NCBI GenBank assembly: GCA_964425765.1
Contig: CAYRNZ010000001.1
Coordinates: 19,082-83,081 of the forward strand
Reading direction: 5' to 3'
Length of the DNA: 64,000 nt
Source of the DNA: an uncultured Synergistaceae bacterium
Lineage (GTDB): Bacteria > Synergistota > Synergistia > Synergistales > 79-D21
This document shows, piece after piece, positions 9,263 to 18,570 of this stretch. The notes under the pieces were generated by a model. It saw nothing but the letters and a program-made list of their open reading frames with translations. It was not told where the DNA came from and did not search any database. Numbering within the stretch: position 1 is the first letter of the stretch; each line of letters starts with the position of its first letter. Both the position numbers and the translations under genes were made by a program.

Positions 9263-10423
9263 TCAGCGGTTCCCGGTGAATTCCAGCGTCAGGACCCAGA
9301 TTTCTGGGGCGGCGCTCGTCCTCATGGGCGGCCCCCAGGTCCCGACCCCGCTCGAGACGAGGACTCTCGTGTTCCCGCGGCTTCCCCACCCCCGGCTGAC
9401 CTCGTATATCCGGGAGGTCACGAAGTTGAAGGGGAAGACCTGGCCGTTGTGGGTGTGTCCCGAAACCTGGAGGCTCACGCCCGCAGCCTCGGCCTCATCG
9501 AGGTTCCGCGGCTGGTGGTCCATGACAAGCACCGGTATCCCTTTAGGGGCGTCTTCCAGGATTTTCGGCAGAGGCAGGCGGCTCCCGCCGAACCGTGCTG
9601 CGGTCCTGTCCTTCCGTCCAGCCAGGACGAGCCTTCCGCCCAGGAGGACCGCCTGGTCCCGCAGCACCGTGATCCCGGCGCTTTCCAGGTAGGATACCGC
9701 TTCTTCTTCTCCCGCGTAATACTCGTGATTCCCGGTAACCGCGAAGGTTCCAATTTTGGGAGAAAGGTCCCGGAGCGCCTCCGCCATCCGTTCTTCCGCA
9801 AGCCTGGAAATGTCCTCGTCCACGATGTCCCCCACCAGGAGCACGACATCCGGGGCGAGGGCGTTGACCTTCCTCACCAGGGACCTGACTCGCCCGTTTC
9901 CCATGAGGGGCCCCATATGCAGGTCGGAGAAGAGGACGACACGTAAAGGGGTTCCCGCCGGGCCTTTCATCGTGACGGTCGCCTCCCGGACCCTGGGGAA
10001 GAAGGAGTTCACGGTTCCGAACACCACGATGAGGGTTGCCAGCGCCGCGACTCCAAGCAGGACGCTGCGTCTCAGGCCGGGTCCGGCAGGTCCGCGGTGG
10101 CCGACGAAAGGAAGTCCTGGAACCATCCGACCGGCCAGGAGCGCGATATCGGCGGCCGCGAACAGGAAAAGGGCTGTCACCATGAAACCCAGGTAGACGG
10201 ATCCCCAGAGGACGAGGGCCCGGGGTAAGTTCGCCGAGGGGAGTGCCCTCTCGGCTATCCTGCCGACGGGATAGGCGAGGGCCCATATGACAAGGAAGGC
10301 CCGGACGGAGGCGTTAGCCCAGCCGGGGCCCGCCAGGCCCTGGAAGGCCCGCCGGAGGATGTAGGCGTTCACCAGGGCGTAAATTCCCAGGGCGGTCGCG
10401 AAGAAGCCGAAAAACCGGGACAC
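9263..10423 (-). CDS. membrane-anchored calcineurin-like metallophosphoesterase (YkuE-like)
   Basis: 386-aa ORF. About 4 N-terminal TM helices, then metallophosphoesterase motifs (FSDLHMG; LVGDIVDE; GNHEYY; SGHTHNGQ). Confidence 0.85.
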   Translation of the reverse strand: MSRFFGFFATALGIYALVNAYILRRAFQGLAGPGWANASVRAFLVIWALAYPVGRIAERALPSANLPRALVLWGSVYLGFMVTALFLFAAADIALLAGRMVPGLPFVGHRGPAGPGLRRSVLLGVAALATLIVVFGTVNSFFPRVREATVTMKGPAGTPLRVVLFSDLHMGPLMGNGRVRSLVRKVNALAPDVVLLVGDIVDEDISRLAEERMAEALRDLSPKIGTFAVTGNHEYYAGEEEAVSYLESAGITVLRDQAVLLGGRLVLAGRKDRTAARFGGSRLPLPKILEDAPKGIPVLVMDHQPRNLDEAEAAGVSLQVSGHTHNGQVFPFNFVTSRIYEVSRGWGSRGNTRVLVSSGVGTWGPPMRTSAAPEIWVLTLEFTGNR

Positions 10424-10436
10424 GAACCCTAAGCCC

Positions 10437-11309
10437 TCACTTCCTGAAGTTCTCCCACTCCGTGATGAAGACCCCTGCGAGGATCAGGACGCCTCCGAGC
10501 GCGAACTGGAGGCTCCAGGTATCCAGGCCTATGGCGATCGAGGCGAGGTACCCGAAAGGGCTTTCCATCGCCAGGAGGATGGCCGCGTGGGTTTCGGGGG
10601 AGTGGCGCTGGGCCATGCTCTGGACGACGAAGGCGCAGACCGTGGGCCCGGCGGCCAGGAACAGGATCCCTTTCCAGGAGTAGGCCAGGACCTCGGGGGA
10701 GGGGAACGGTTCGAACAAAACCGCCAGCGGGAGGAAGCATGCGCAGGTGACGAACATCTGGACGGAGGCCAGGGCGATGGGGTCCATCCGCCGCGAGCAG
10801 TAGCCGATTACGATGACCTGGACCGCCACCACGGCGGCGAGGGCCAGGGAAAGGGCGTCCCCGAAATTCAGGTTCATGTTGGGCGAAAAGGCCATGACAA
10901 GCAGGCCGACGGTGGTCACGGCAGCGGCGGCGGTCGGTGTCCAGCCCGGCCATTTCCGGTAGAGGAGGGCCATCAGGAACGGCACCATGACGACGTTCGT
11001 CCCGACAATGAAGGCCTGCTTGCCCCCGGTGGTGAACACGAGGCCGTAGATGTGGAGGAGGTAGGTTACGGCCAGGACGAGGCCTACGCCCAGGGCCTGG
11101 AAAAGCTGGTTCTTGTCCAGCATTTTCAGGCGTCTCCCGAAGAGGGCCAGCAGCATGACCGAGCTTGCCGAAAAGCGGAGGGCCACCAGCCACAAGGGCC
11201 CGATGCGATCCAGGAGGGCATCGCTAACCACGTAGCCGAAGCCCCAGAGAAGCGCCACGAACAACATCGCGGCATCTGCCAGCAGGACTTTCGCCCGTGT
11301 TCCGGCCAC
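10437..11309 (-). CDS. EamA/DMT-superfamily transporter (second copy)
   Basis: 290-aa polytopic ORF with two EamA-like halves (LLWGFGYVVSD...; ...FVVQSMAQRHSPETHAAILLAMESPF). Confidence 0.8.
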   Translation of the reverse strand: MAGTRAKVLLADAAMLFVALLWGFGYVVSDALLDRIGPLWLVALRFSASSVMLLALFGRRLKMLDKNQLFQALGVGLVLAVTYLLHIYGLVFTTGGKQAFIVGTNVVMVPFLMALLYRKWPGWTPTAAAAVTTVGLLVMAFSPNMNLNFGDALSLALAAVVAVQVIVIGYCSRRMDPIALASVQMFVTCACFLPLAVLFEPFPSPEVLAYSWKGILFLAAGPTVCAFVVQSMAQRHSPETHAAILLAMESPFGYLASIAIGLDTWSLQFALGGVLILAGVFITEWENFRK

Positions 11310-11391
11310 GCGTAACCCCCCTCTTGCGCACGAACATTGAATTCAGTATACCATGAAGCGCAAAACGTTTTTCGCGGGCTGGAGAGGTTAC

Positions 11392-11428
11392 AAAAAAAGC
11401 GGGGACCCTGAAGAGGTCCCCGCTTTTT
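11392..11428. terminator. bidirectional rho-independent terminator
   Basis: aaaaaaa-GCGGGGACC-ctgaaga-GGTCCCCGC-ttttt. A perfect 9-bp stem flanked by an A-run and a T-run. On the minus strand it follows the flavoprotein gene (stop at 11442). Confidence 0.75.
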
Positions 11429-11441
11429 CATAGGCCGGCCC

Positions 11442-12170
11442 TCACTCGGGACGGCGATTTTCCAGGATACGGTCCCATGTCGCGTTTCCCTCCGAGACGT
11501 ACTGCTCGAAGGGGATAAGGGGCTTTTCAAGGGCTTCGGCGGTGGCTGCCTCCAGTGACCCGCTTTTCACGATCTCTTTTCCCGCCTTGCGGAGCAGGTC
11601 CAGGTAGGGCCCCGTGGCTTCCGGGTGCTGCTTCTCGTCCCGGCGCCCGAAGAGGTCGGATTCTCCCCTGTAGATTTCCGCGGCGATCCGGTTGCCGAAC
11701 CGCTCGGACAATCCCCTGAAGACCGTGCTCATGCCCTGGAAGTGGAACTGCTCGGGGAAACTGCAGGTCGACAGGACGAGCCAGTCCGGGACCTTCCGTC
11801 TTGAAGCCCTCCTGGTGCCCTGTCCGCGTTTCGCCCTGAAGGCGGTTTCGGTGAGGGGCAGCCATCGCTCCAGGAACAGCTTCATGAGGCCGGACATGGA
11901 GTCCATGACCAGGGGCGTCGCCAAAAGCACCAGGTCGGCCGACAGGGCTTTCCTGAGGAGCCGGGTCCCGTCGTCGTCCTGGGCGCATTCCCCGTCCTTC
12001 GACCAGCATTCCGCGCATTCCCGGCAGGGCAGGACCTTGTACTCGGAGAGGAAGAACGTTTCGGTTTCCGCCCCGGCCGCACGGGCCCCATCGAGGAAAG
12101 CCTCCACCAAAAGCTGCGTCCGGCTGGCGCGTCCCTTGGGGCTCCCGTTGAATGCCGCGATCCGCTTCAT
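11442..12170 (-). CDS. iron-sulfur flavoprotein-like NAD(P)H-dependent FMN reductase (flavodoxin fold)
   Basis: 242-aa ORF. N-terminal MKRIAAFNGSPKG flavodoxin-like start and a compact Cys cluster C-RE-C-AE-C-WSKDGE-C (CX2CX2CX6C), as in ISF-type proteins. Confidence 0.75.
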   Translation of the reverse strand: MKRIAAFNGSPKGRASRTQLLVEAFLDGARAAGAETETFFLSEYKVLPCRECAECWSKDGECAQDDDGTRLLRKALSADLVLLATPLVMDSMSGLMKLFLERWLPLTETAFRAKRGQGTRRASRRKVPDWLVLSTCSFPEQFHFQGMSTVFRGLSERFGNRIAAEIYRGESDLFGRRDEKQHPEATGPYLDLLRKAGKEIVKSGSLEAATAEALEKPLIPFEQYVSEGNATWDRILENRRPE

Positions 12171-12172
12171 GA

Positions 12173-13561
12173 CTAGACCTCCCAGTCGAACTCCGCGACG
12201 CCAGCCGCCATGATCCGCGACTTGAGGTCCGCCGCGTTGCGTTCGAGCGCTTCGGGGCTGCAGCCCTCCGCCCTGGCCACGATGACCGGCTGCGTGTTGC
12301 TGGCCCGGACGAGTCCCCAGCCGTCTGGGTAGAGGATGCGGACACCGTCCACGGTGATGGCGTCGTATTCCTTGAGGGCCGCCTCCCGTATCGAGTCGAT
12401 CACCTCGAACTTGATCTCGTCCGGGCAGGCGATGCGGGTCTCGGCGGTGCTGTAGTAGCGGGGCAGGGGCGCCACGAGCTCGGAGAGCGTCCGGTCCGTG
12501 TTGGAGAGGATGCGGAGCAGGCGCCCGGCGGCGTAGAAACTGTCGTCGAACCCGAAGAACTCGTCGGCGAAGAACATGTGCCCCGAGACTTCGCCCGCGA
12601 AAAGGGCGTTGAGCTCGCGCATCTTGGCCTTGATGAGGGAATGCCCGGCCTTCCAGAACACCGGCTTTCCGCCGAGGCGGCGGATCTCGTCCACGAGGGC
12701 CTGCGAGGACTTGACCTCGACGATGGCCTCCGCCCCGGGGTGCTTCGGCAGAATTTCCTGCCAGTAGACGGCCATCAGGATGTCCCCCCAGACGATCTCG
12801 CCTTTCTCGTCGACAACCCCCAGGCGGTCTGCGTCACCGTCGAAGCCGATTCCCACGTCAGCCCCCGTTTCCCGGACGGTCCTGATCAGGTCCACGAGGT
12901 TTTCCCGCTTAACCGGGTCCGGGTGGTGGTTGGGGAAGCGCCCGTCGGGCGTGGCGAAGAGCAGGGTATAATCCACGCCGAGCCGCCTGAGGAAGGGCTC
13001 GATGAAGAGCGAGGCCGTGCCGTTGCCGGCGTCCGCAACGACCTTCAGCCTTCGGGGCCCCAGCGTCAGCCGCCGCCCGAGCATGTCGAGGTAGGCGCCC
13101 TTCACGTCCAGGTGTCCCAGGCTGCCTGTTTTCGGTGCATGGAAAAACCCGTCGGCCTTGATGACCTGCAGCACTTCCTGGATCTCGGGGCCGAAAAGGG
13201 TGGCCTTGCCGAGGGCGAGCTTCAGGCCGTTGAATTCCTTGGGGTTGTGGCTCCCCGTTACCATGACCCCCCCGCCGACCCCCTCGGAATAGAGGCTGTA
13301 GTAGAAGGTGGGGGTCATCACGGTGCCGAGGTCGGCCACGTCGAGGCCCGCAGCGTTGAGCCCCCAGGCGATGTCCGCCATGATCCTGGGGGACGAGCTC
13401 CGGACGTCTCCTCCCACGGTGGCGAGCCGCACCCCGTTCCTGGCCAGGATCGTCCCGAAGGCGTGGCCGATGGCCCGGACGTTTTTCGAGGTGAGTTCCT
13501 CCTCCGCCAGGCCCCGGATGTCGTATTCCCTGAAGATATGAGCCGGTACGTCCATGGTCAA
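12173..13561 (-). CDS. phosphomannomutase/phosphoglucomutase
   Basis: 462-aa ORF. Active-site serine loop VMVTGSHNPKEFNG, metal loop GFDGDADR and sugar-binding loop GEVSGH. Confidence 0.92.
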   Translation of the reverse strand: MTMDVPAHIFREYDIRGLAEEELTSKNVRAIGHAFGTILARNGVRLATVGGDVRSSSPRIMADIAWGLNAAGLDVADLGTVMTPTFYYSLYSEGVGGGVMVTGSHNPKEFNGLKLALGKATLFGPEIQEVLQVIKADGFFHAPKTGSLGHLDVKGAYLDMLGRRLTLGPRRLKVVADAGNGTASLFIEPFLRRLGVDYTLLFATPDGRFPNHHPDPVKRENLVDLIRTVRETGADVGIGFDGDADRLGVVDEKGEIVWGDILMAVYWQEILPKHPGAEAIVEVKSSQALVDEIRRLGGKPVFWKAGHSLIKAKMRELNALFAGEVSGHMFFADEFFGFDDSFYAAGRLLRILSNTDRTLSELVAPLPRYYSTAETRIACPDEIKFEVIDSIREAALKEYDAITVDGVRILYPDGWGLVRASNTQPVIVARAEGCSPEALERNAADLKSRIMAAGVAEFDWEV

Positions 13562-13638
13562 CCCCTCCTTTTCGCGAAGGCGTCATTTCCGCCTTCCTGC
13601 AGGGTTCATCCCCGTATCCTTCCATTTTACTCAAATTT

Positions 13639-14784
13639 TCACTTTTGCGCTTCGATTTTTTTACGGAGCCTCTCGATCCGGTGTACCCATTCCTGTCGTT
13701 CCCTCACCCATGCGGGACCCGCCAGGGCGCGCCTCGATTCGACCTGCCGCAGCCCCTCCTGGGCTCTTTCCAGGGCTTCCTCCAGGTGACGAAGCCGGTG
13801 TTCGTAAGCCTTGGCAAGTTCCTCCAGCACTGTGAGGGAGGGCCTGCAGAGGGACCGTGCCCCTTCCCACAATTCGACGGCCGATTCCCACCGGCGGTCC
13901 TGTTTCGCAAGTCCTGCAAGCCTCGTCATGGCTTCCCCGCGGCTTTCCGGGTCCTCCATGGCCGAATTCCACAGGCTCTCGGCCCGGCCGCAGTCCCCCC
14001 GGGAGGACCAGAGGTCGCCGGCGAGCAGCAGTTCCTGTCCCCGGTTGCCTTCTCCCGCCACGATCCTCCCCACGTGGGACTTCAGGGCGGCCAGGGAAAG
14101 GATGTCCAGCCTGTTGTGGAGGAAGACGCCCCCCAGCGGGGCAGCGTCGCCGGTTGACAGGAAGTCGGCGTAAAGCGAGGGAATCTGCCACCCCGGCACG
14201 TCCAAAGCTTCCCTTTGGACGCCGAGGATGGAGCGCTCCACTTCCCCGAGGCGGCAGGAGGGAAGGCTGCACCGCCAGAGGGAGCGGGCAAGTCCCAAAA
14301 GGTCGAGGTGTGCGGAACCCGGCCTGAATCCAGGCCTTCGCGTGAGAATGGCCCGGGTCTGCAATAGCGGCAGGTCGAAACGCCGCCCGTTGTAGGTGAC
14401 GAACCCTGCCCTGTCGGGAACCAGCCCGTCCAGGGCATCCAGCCAGTCGGCCTCGCGGGCGGGGGTGGCCAGGAATAGCTGCCTGACGCGGATCTCGGTT
14501 TTTTCCAGGGTCCCGATGCCCGCCAGGAAGGCATAAGTGCCCGTTCCCCCGGCCAGGCCGGTGGTTTCGAGATCCAGGAAGCAGGGAGGGGGTGCCGCGC
14601 CCCAGGGAAGGAGCCGTTCTGAGGCGAGGGGAAGTTCCGTGAGGTCCCAGTTCCCGAACGGGTCTTCAAGGGGTTGGGCGCTCTCCAGGAGGTAAACCCC
14701 GGGCGCGACCCACACGCCACCGGGAGGGAGGTTTTCTATTCCCCGCTCCCTGGGTTTAACCACTGGGGCTGCCGGTTCCCCCAT
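13639..14784 (-). CDS. mrfB: RNase-H-fold (YprB/MrfB-like) exonuclease with C-terminal TPR-like repeats
   Basis: Track ORF (13639..15333) trimmed. Its first 183 aa are Arg/Gly/Pro shadow overlapping the helicase gene in another frame. ATG 14784 (MGEPAAP...); a TTG at 14817 is an alternative. DEDD-type start FLDLETTGL followed by YNGRRFDLPLL. C-terminal helical repeats (AESLWNSAMEDPESRGEAMTRLAGLAKQDRRWESAVELWE...). Confidence 0.7.
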   Translation of the reverse strand: MGEPAAPVVKPRERGIENLPPGGVWVAPGVYLLESAQPLEDPFGNWDLTELPLASERLLPWGAAPPPCFLDLETTGLAGGTGTYAFLAGIGTLEKTEIRVRQLFLATPAREADWLDALDGLVPDRAGFVTYNGRRFDLPLLQTRAILTRRPGFRPGSAHLDLLGLARSLWRCSLPSCRLGEVERSILGVQREALDVPGWQIPSLYADFLSTGDAAPLGGVFLHNRLDILSLAALKSHVGRIVAGEGNRGQELLLAGDLWSSRGDCGRAESLWNSAMEDPESRGEAMTRLAGLAKQDRRWESAVELWEGARSLCRPSLTVLEELAKAYEHRLRHLEEALERAQEGLRQVESRRALAGPAWVRERQEWVHRIERLRKKIEAQK

Positions 14785-14813
14785 GAACCTGCGGAGCCTG
14801 GTGAGGCGGTCGT

Positions 14814-17093
14814 TCAAGAGGGGCTCCCCCTCAGGGCGGACAGCAGCAGGCGCGTGGCTTCCTTGGCGCCGATCCGGGCCCCCAGGGCGCCGACGCAGGC
14901 CGGGCACCCGCGTTCGCAGGGGCAGGAGACGAGGGCCTCCCAGGCCGAGTCGAGCAGGGCCTTCCTGAGCGTGAAGACGGCCTCGGCAAGCCCCACGCCG
15001 CCGGGGAAGTTGTCGGCGAAGTAGACCGCCGGGCGCTCGAAGTGCGGGTCCCTCACCATGCCGTGAACCTGCAGGTCCCCGCGGTCGCACATCAGGAAAA
15101 GCGGCGCGGTGGCCCGCAGCAGGTGGGACAGTCCGGCCAGGGCCGAACTCTTCCGGTCGCTGTCCCAGTTTTCCCATGGGAGGTTTTCGGGCAGGGCCAG
15201 CCAGGCGCCCGTGGTGTGCATCTGTTCCTCGTCCAGGTGGATGTGCCCGTAGCCGACGTTCTCCTGTGTGGAAAGGCGGATCTTCTTGTAGACGGTGGGC
15301 CGGGAGGCCAGCAGCACCTCGCCCCAGCCCCACGGGGCGGCCCGTTCGAACTCCTCCAGGACCTCGAGGCGGACGGCGAGGTCCGCGTCGGTGTAGTATT
15401 CCGCCTCCACGGGCTTGACCAGGGCCCTCATCCCCCTGGAATCCAGCTCGAGGACCTGGTAGGCCTTGCCCCCGTGGAAGTAGACGGCCTCCGGGTGGAT
15501 GAGCATGGGGGCGCTGGGGCGGTCCACCTCTCCCACCACGGTGTGCCGGGCAGGGTCGGAGACGTCCAGGATCACGAAGTTCTCGCTAGTGGCGCTCCTG
15601 AGCGAGAAGCCTTCGGCCGGGAAGGAATCGGCCTGCCAGTGGTACCTCCCGGCGGCCACGTGGAGGACACCCTGCTCCGCCAGGTACTCCAGGACCTCGG
15701 CGACCTCGGCTTTGCCGAAGCGGTCGCCCTCCCGGAAGGGCAATTCGAAGGCCGCGCACTTGACGTGGTTCACCAGGATGTAGAGGTTGTCCGGGTTCAC
15801 GCGGGCCCGCTCGGGCGAGGCGTCGAAGAAGTAGGTGGGCTGGGCGGCCAGGAACTGGTCCAGCGCGAAGGAGGAGGCGACCATGACGGCCGCCGAGGTG
15901 CCCTGCCTTCTTCCTGCGCGTCCCATCTGCTGCCAGGCGGAGGCGATGCTTCCCGGGTAGCCGTGGAGAACTGCCAGTTCCAGGGAGCCGATGTCGATCC
16001 CCAGCTCCAGGGCGTTGGTGCTGACCACGCCCCGGACGGAACCGTCCCTCAGGCCCCGCTCGATCGCCCGGCGCTCGTTCGGCAGGTAGCCCCCGCGGTA
16101 CCCGGCGACCTGCCCGGAAGGAAGGGAGCGTGCCTCGAGGTTCTTCCGGATGCGGTGCAGGAGCAGTTCCACGTTCGTCCGGGAGCGTGTGAAGACGATC
16201 GTGCTGATGTCGTTGGCCAGGGCTTCCGTGGCGATGTCCGCCGTCTCGTCGAGAGACGAGCCGCGGATTCCCATGGACCGGTTCAACAGGGGCGGGTTCT
16301 GGATCATGACGTGTTTCTCGTCCCTGGGGGCCCCGTTTTTCACCACCAGCTCGACCGGTTCCTCCAGGAGGGCCTCCGCCAGTTCCTTCGGGTTGGCGAT
16401 GGTGGCCGAACAGCAGATGAACGTCGGTTTCGAGCCGTAGAAGGCGCAGATGCGCTTGAGCCTGCGGATCACGTTGGCCAGGTGGGAGCCGAAAACCCCG
16501 CGGTATCCGTGGAGTTCGTCCAGGACGATGTAGCGGAGGTTCTCGAAAAGCTTGACCCACTTGGTGTGGTGGGGCAGGATTCCCGTGTGGAGCATGTCGG
16601 GGTTCGTGATCACCACGTGTCCCGCCGTGCGGACCTTGGTCCTGGCGCTGGGGGCGGTGTCCCCGTCGTAGGTGAAGCAGGCGATGTCGGCCTCCACCGC
16701 TTCCGTGAGGGCGTACAGTTCAGCCAGTTGGTCCTGGCTCAGGGCCTTGGTGGGGAAGAGGTAGAGCGCCCGGGAAGAGGGGTTTTCGAGGATGGACTGC
16801 ACCACCGGGACGTTGTAGCAGGCGGTCTTGCCGCTGGCCGTCGGCGTGACGATGACCACGTTCCTGCCCTGCATGGCGGCGCCGATGGCTTCGGCCTGGT
16901 GGAGATAGGGCCGCTCGATGCCCCGCAGGGCCAGGGCGTTCGTCAGCCTGGCGTCCAGGGCCGGCCACGTGCCGAACCGGGGCTCCTGGGGGGGGAAGGT
17001 TCGCCAGACGGACACCTCCCCGGGGCGCGACGCGATCCATTCCAGCAGTTCCTTGACTTTTTTCCGGGGTTTGCGGAGCACGGCAGACATCAC
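14814..17093 (-). CDS. mrfA: DEAD/DEAH-box helicase with C-terminal DUF1998 zinc module (YprA/MrfA family)
   Basis: 759-aa ORF. Motif I VTPTASGKT, motif II VLDELH, motif III SAT, motif VI QQMGRAGRR. C-terminal Cys cluster LVSCPCERGCPACV typical of DUF1998. Confidence 0.88.
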   Translation of the reverse strand: MMSAVLRKPRKKVKELLEWIASRPGEVSVWRTFPPQEPRFGTWPALDARLTNALALRGIERPYLHQAEAIGAAMQGRNVVIVTPTASGKTACYNVPVVQSILENPSSRALYLFPTKALSQDQLAELYALTEAVEADIACFTYDGDTAPSARTKVRTAGHVVITNPDMLHTGILPHHTKWVKLFENLRYIVLDELHGYRGVFGSHLANVIRRLKRICAFYGSKPTFICCSATIANPKELAEALLEEPVELVVKNGAPRDEKHVMIQNPPLLNRSMGIRGSSLDETADIATEALANDISTIVFTRSRTNVELLLHRIRKNLEARSLPSGQVAGYRGGYLPNERRAIERGLRDGSVRGVVSTNALELGIDIGSLELAVLHGYPGSIASAWQQMGRAGRRQGTSAAVMVASSFALDQFLAAQPTYFFDASPERARVNPDNLYILVNHVKCAAFELPFREGDRFGKAEVAEVLEYLAEQGVLHVAAGRYHWQADSFPAEGFSLRSATSENFVILDVSDPARHTVVGEVDRPSAPMLIHPEAVYFHGGKAYQVLELDSRGMRALVKPVEAEYYTDADLAVRLEVLEEFERAAPWGWGEVLLASRPTVYKKIRLSTQENVGYGHIHLDEEQMHTTGAWLALPENLPWENWDSDRKSSALAGLSHLLRATAPLFLMCDRGDLQVHGMVRDPHFERPAVYFADNFPGGVGLAEAVFTLRKALLDSAWEALVSCPCERGCPACVGALGARIGAKEATRLLLSALRGSPS

Positions 17094-17158
17094 CTCTGCC
17101 CTAAGTCTACTCCAAGGTGGGGTAGAATAATCGGTGGCGGCTGAATCGAGAAACGGCG

Positions 17159-18100
17159 GTGAGGAGCTTGCACGGAATCCTGATCATCACCCCCCTGGTC
17201 CTGGTGATGGCCATGGGATGGTTTGCCCGGAGGAGGGGACTCCTCGGGGACGACAGCGTGTCCCGGATGAACGACATCCTTTACTGGATCGGGCTCCCGG
17301 CGCTTCTTTTCCGGTCGACCCTTTCCGTCGGCGAGGACGCCTTTTCTTCGCCGAACCTTTTCATCGCGACCCACGCGGCCTTCCTCGTGACCCCGGCCAT
17401 CGCCTGGGCGATCGCCTCGCTAAGGAAAGAGGAGCCGAAGCGCAGGGCCGTTTCCGTGCTCGTTTCCGTCCGTTCGAACAACGTCTACGTAGGAATCCCG
17501 GCGGTCACGCTCGCCATGGGGGAGCCGGGTGCCCGGGCGCTGGGGCTGTTCTTCGCGGTCTGCATGGTGGGTTACCACCTTGTCACGGTGGCCTGGGCGC
17601 AGGTCGCCGTATCCGGGGGGCTGAACCGCCGGTCGCTCGTAAAGACGCTGGCCGGTCTCGCCAAAAACCCGCTCCTGCTGGCCTCCCTGGCCGGGGTGTC
17701 CCTGGCGATGCTGGGCGTCCGGGAGATGCCAGGCATCCTGGACGAGGCCCTCAAGATCGCAGGGGGGATGTCCAGCGGCCTGGCCCTCATCGCCATCGGG
17801 GCCTCCCTCAAGGCCGAACACCTGCCCCAGGTCCTGGGGAGGACGTGGGTGGACCTCCTGGTCAGGCTGTTCCTTTCCCCGGCACTGGCCTGGCTGGCCT
17901 TCATGGCGTGGCCCGTGGAGAAGACGCTGATGCAGGCGGTGGTCCTCGTTTTCGCCATGCCCGCGGCGGTGAACAACTTCGTCCTGGCGGACTCCATGGG
18001 GATGGACTCGAAGTACGCCGGCGAGGTCATCGTGGCAAGCACTCTCCTGTCCATCGCCTCCATCCCGGTCTGGGTGAACCTCCTGGGGATCACCGGCTAG
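17159..18100 (+). CDS. AEC-family (auxin efflux carrier-like) permease
   Basis: 313-aa, about 10-TM ORF with the N-terminal pattern typical of the family (ILIITPLVLVMAMGWFARRRGLL...NDILYWIGLPALLF). GTG start. Confidence 0.75.
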   Translation: MRSLHGILIITPLVLVMAMGWFARRRGLLGDDSVSRMNDILYWIGLPALLFRSTLSVGEDAFSSPNLFIATHAAFLVTPAIAWAIASLRKEEPKRRAVSVLVSVRSNNVYVGIPAVTLAMGEPGARALGLFFAVCMVGYHLVTVAWAQVAVSGGLNRRSLVKTLAGLAKNPLLLASLAGVSLAMLGVREMPGILDEALKIAGGMSSGLALIAIGASLKAEHLPQVLGRTWVDLLVRLFLSPALAWLAFMAWPVEKTLMQAVVLVFAMPAAVNNFVLADSMGMDSKYAGEVIVASTLLSIASIPVWVNLLGITG

Positions 18101-18112
18101 GCGTTATGCTCG

Positions 18113-18541
18113 CTACTGTTCCCAGTTCGTGATGTCCCTGTCGTCTTCTTCCCCGCCCTCCGCCCCGTCCGGGCCGAATGACAGGATGTCCGTTTCGCCG
18201 TGTTCCCCGGGGGAACGGTAGACGTAAGGCCTGCCCCAGGGATCGACGGGGACTTTTTTCATGTACCCGTCCTTCCTGAAGTTCATCGGTTCGGGCATGC
18301 CGGAGGGTTTCGAGACGAGGGCCTCCAGCCCCTGCTCCGTGGTGGGGTAGAAGCCGTTGTCCAGCTTGTAGAGGTCCAGGGCCTGCTCGAGGGCCCTGAT
18401 CTGGACTACGGTCGCCGTGCGCTTGGCCTCCTCGCCCCTCCCCACGACCCGCGGGATGACCAGGGTGGCCAAAAGGCCCAGGATCACCACGACAACCAGG
18501 ATCTCCACCAGGGTGAAGCCGCTTCGCCTCTTTCTGTCCAT
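18113..18541 (-). CDS. gspG: type II secretion major pseudopilin GspG
   Basis: Start set at ATG 18541 (AAGGAGG 8 nt upstream), which gives an 8-aa prepilin leader MDRKRRSG|FTLVEILVVV. Body carries GspG signatures (...YKLDNGFYPTTEQGLEAL...DPWGRPYVYRSPGEHGETDILSFGPDG...DITNW). Confidence 0.93.
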   Translation of the reverse strand: MDRKRRSGFTLVEILVVVVILGLLATLVIPRVVGRGEEAKRTATVVQIRALEQALDLYKLDNGFYPTTEQGLEALVSKPSGMPEPMNFRKDGYMKKVPVDPWGRPYVYRSPGEHGETDILSFGPDGAEGGEEDDRDITNWEQ

Positions 18542-18570
18542 GAAGAAGACCTCCTTGCAGGTTTTTTCGT

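Noticed and set aside
13639-15333. Very long N-terminal extensions in track ORFs: 13639..15333, 4644..6638, 23533..24939, 44650..45996, 52837..54369, 48464..50452, 28324..29553, 46481..48457, 60654..61469, 32046..32465.
   Set aside because: The upstream portions overlap the preceding real gene in another frame and are Arg/Pro/Gly-rich. Internal starts with SD sequences coincide with the upstream gene's stop (ATGA/GTGA-type coupling) and with where family-like sequence begins. Starts were trimmed accordingly.
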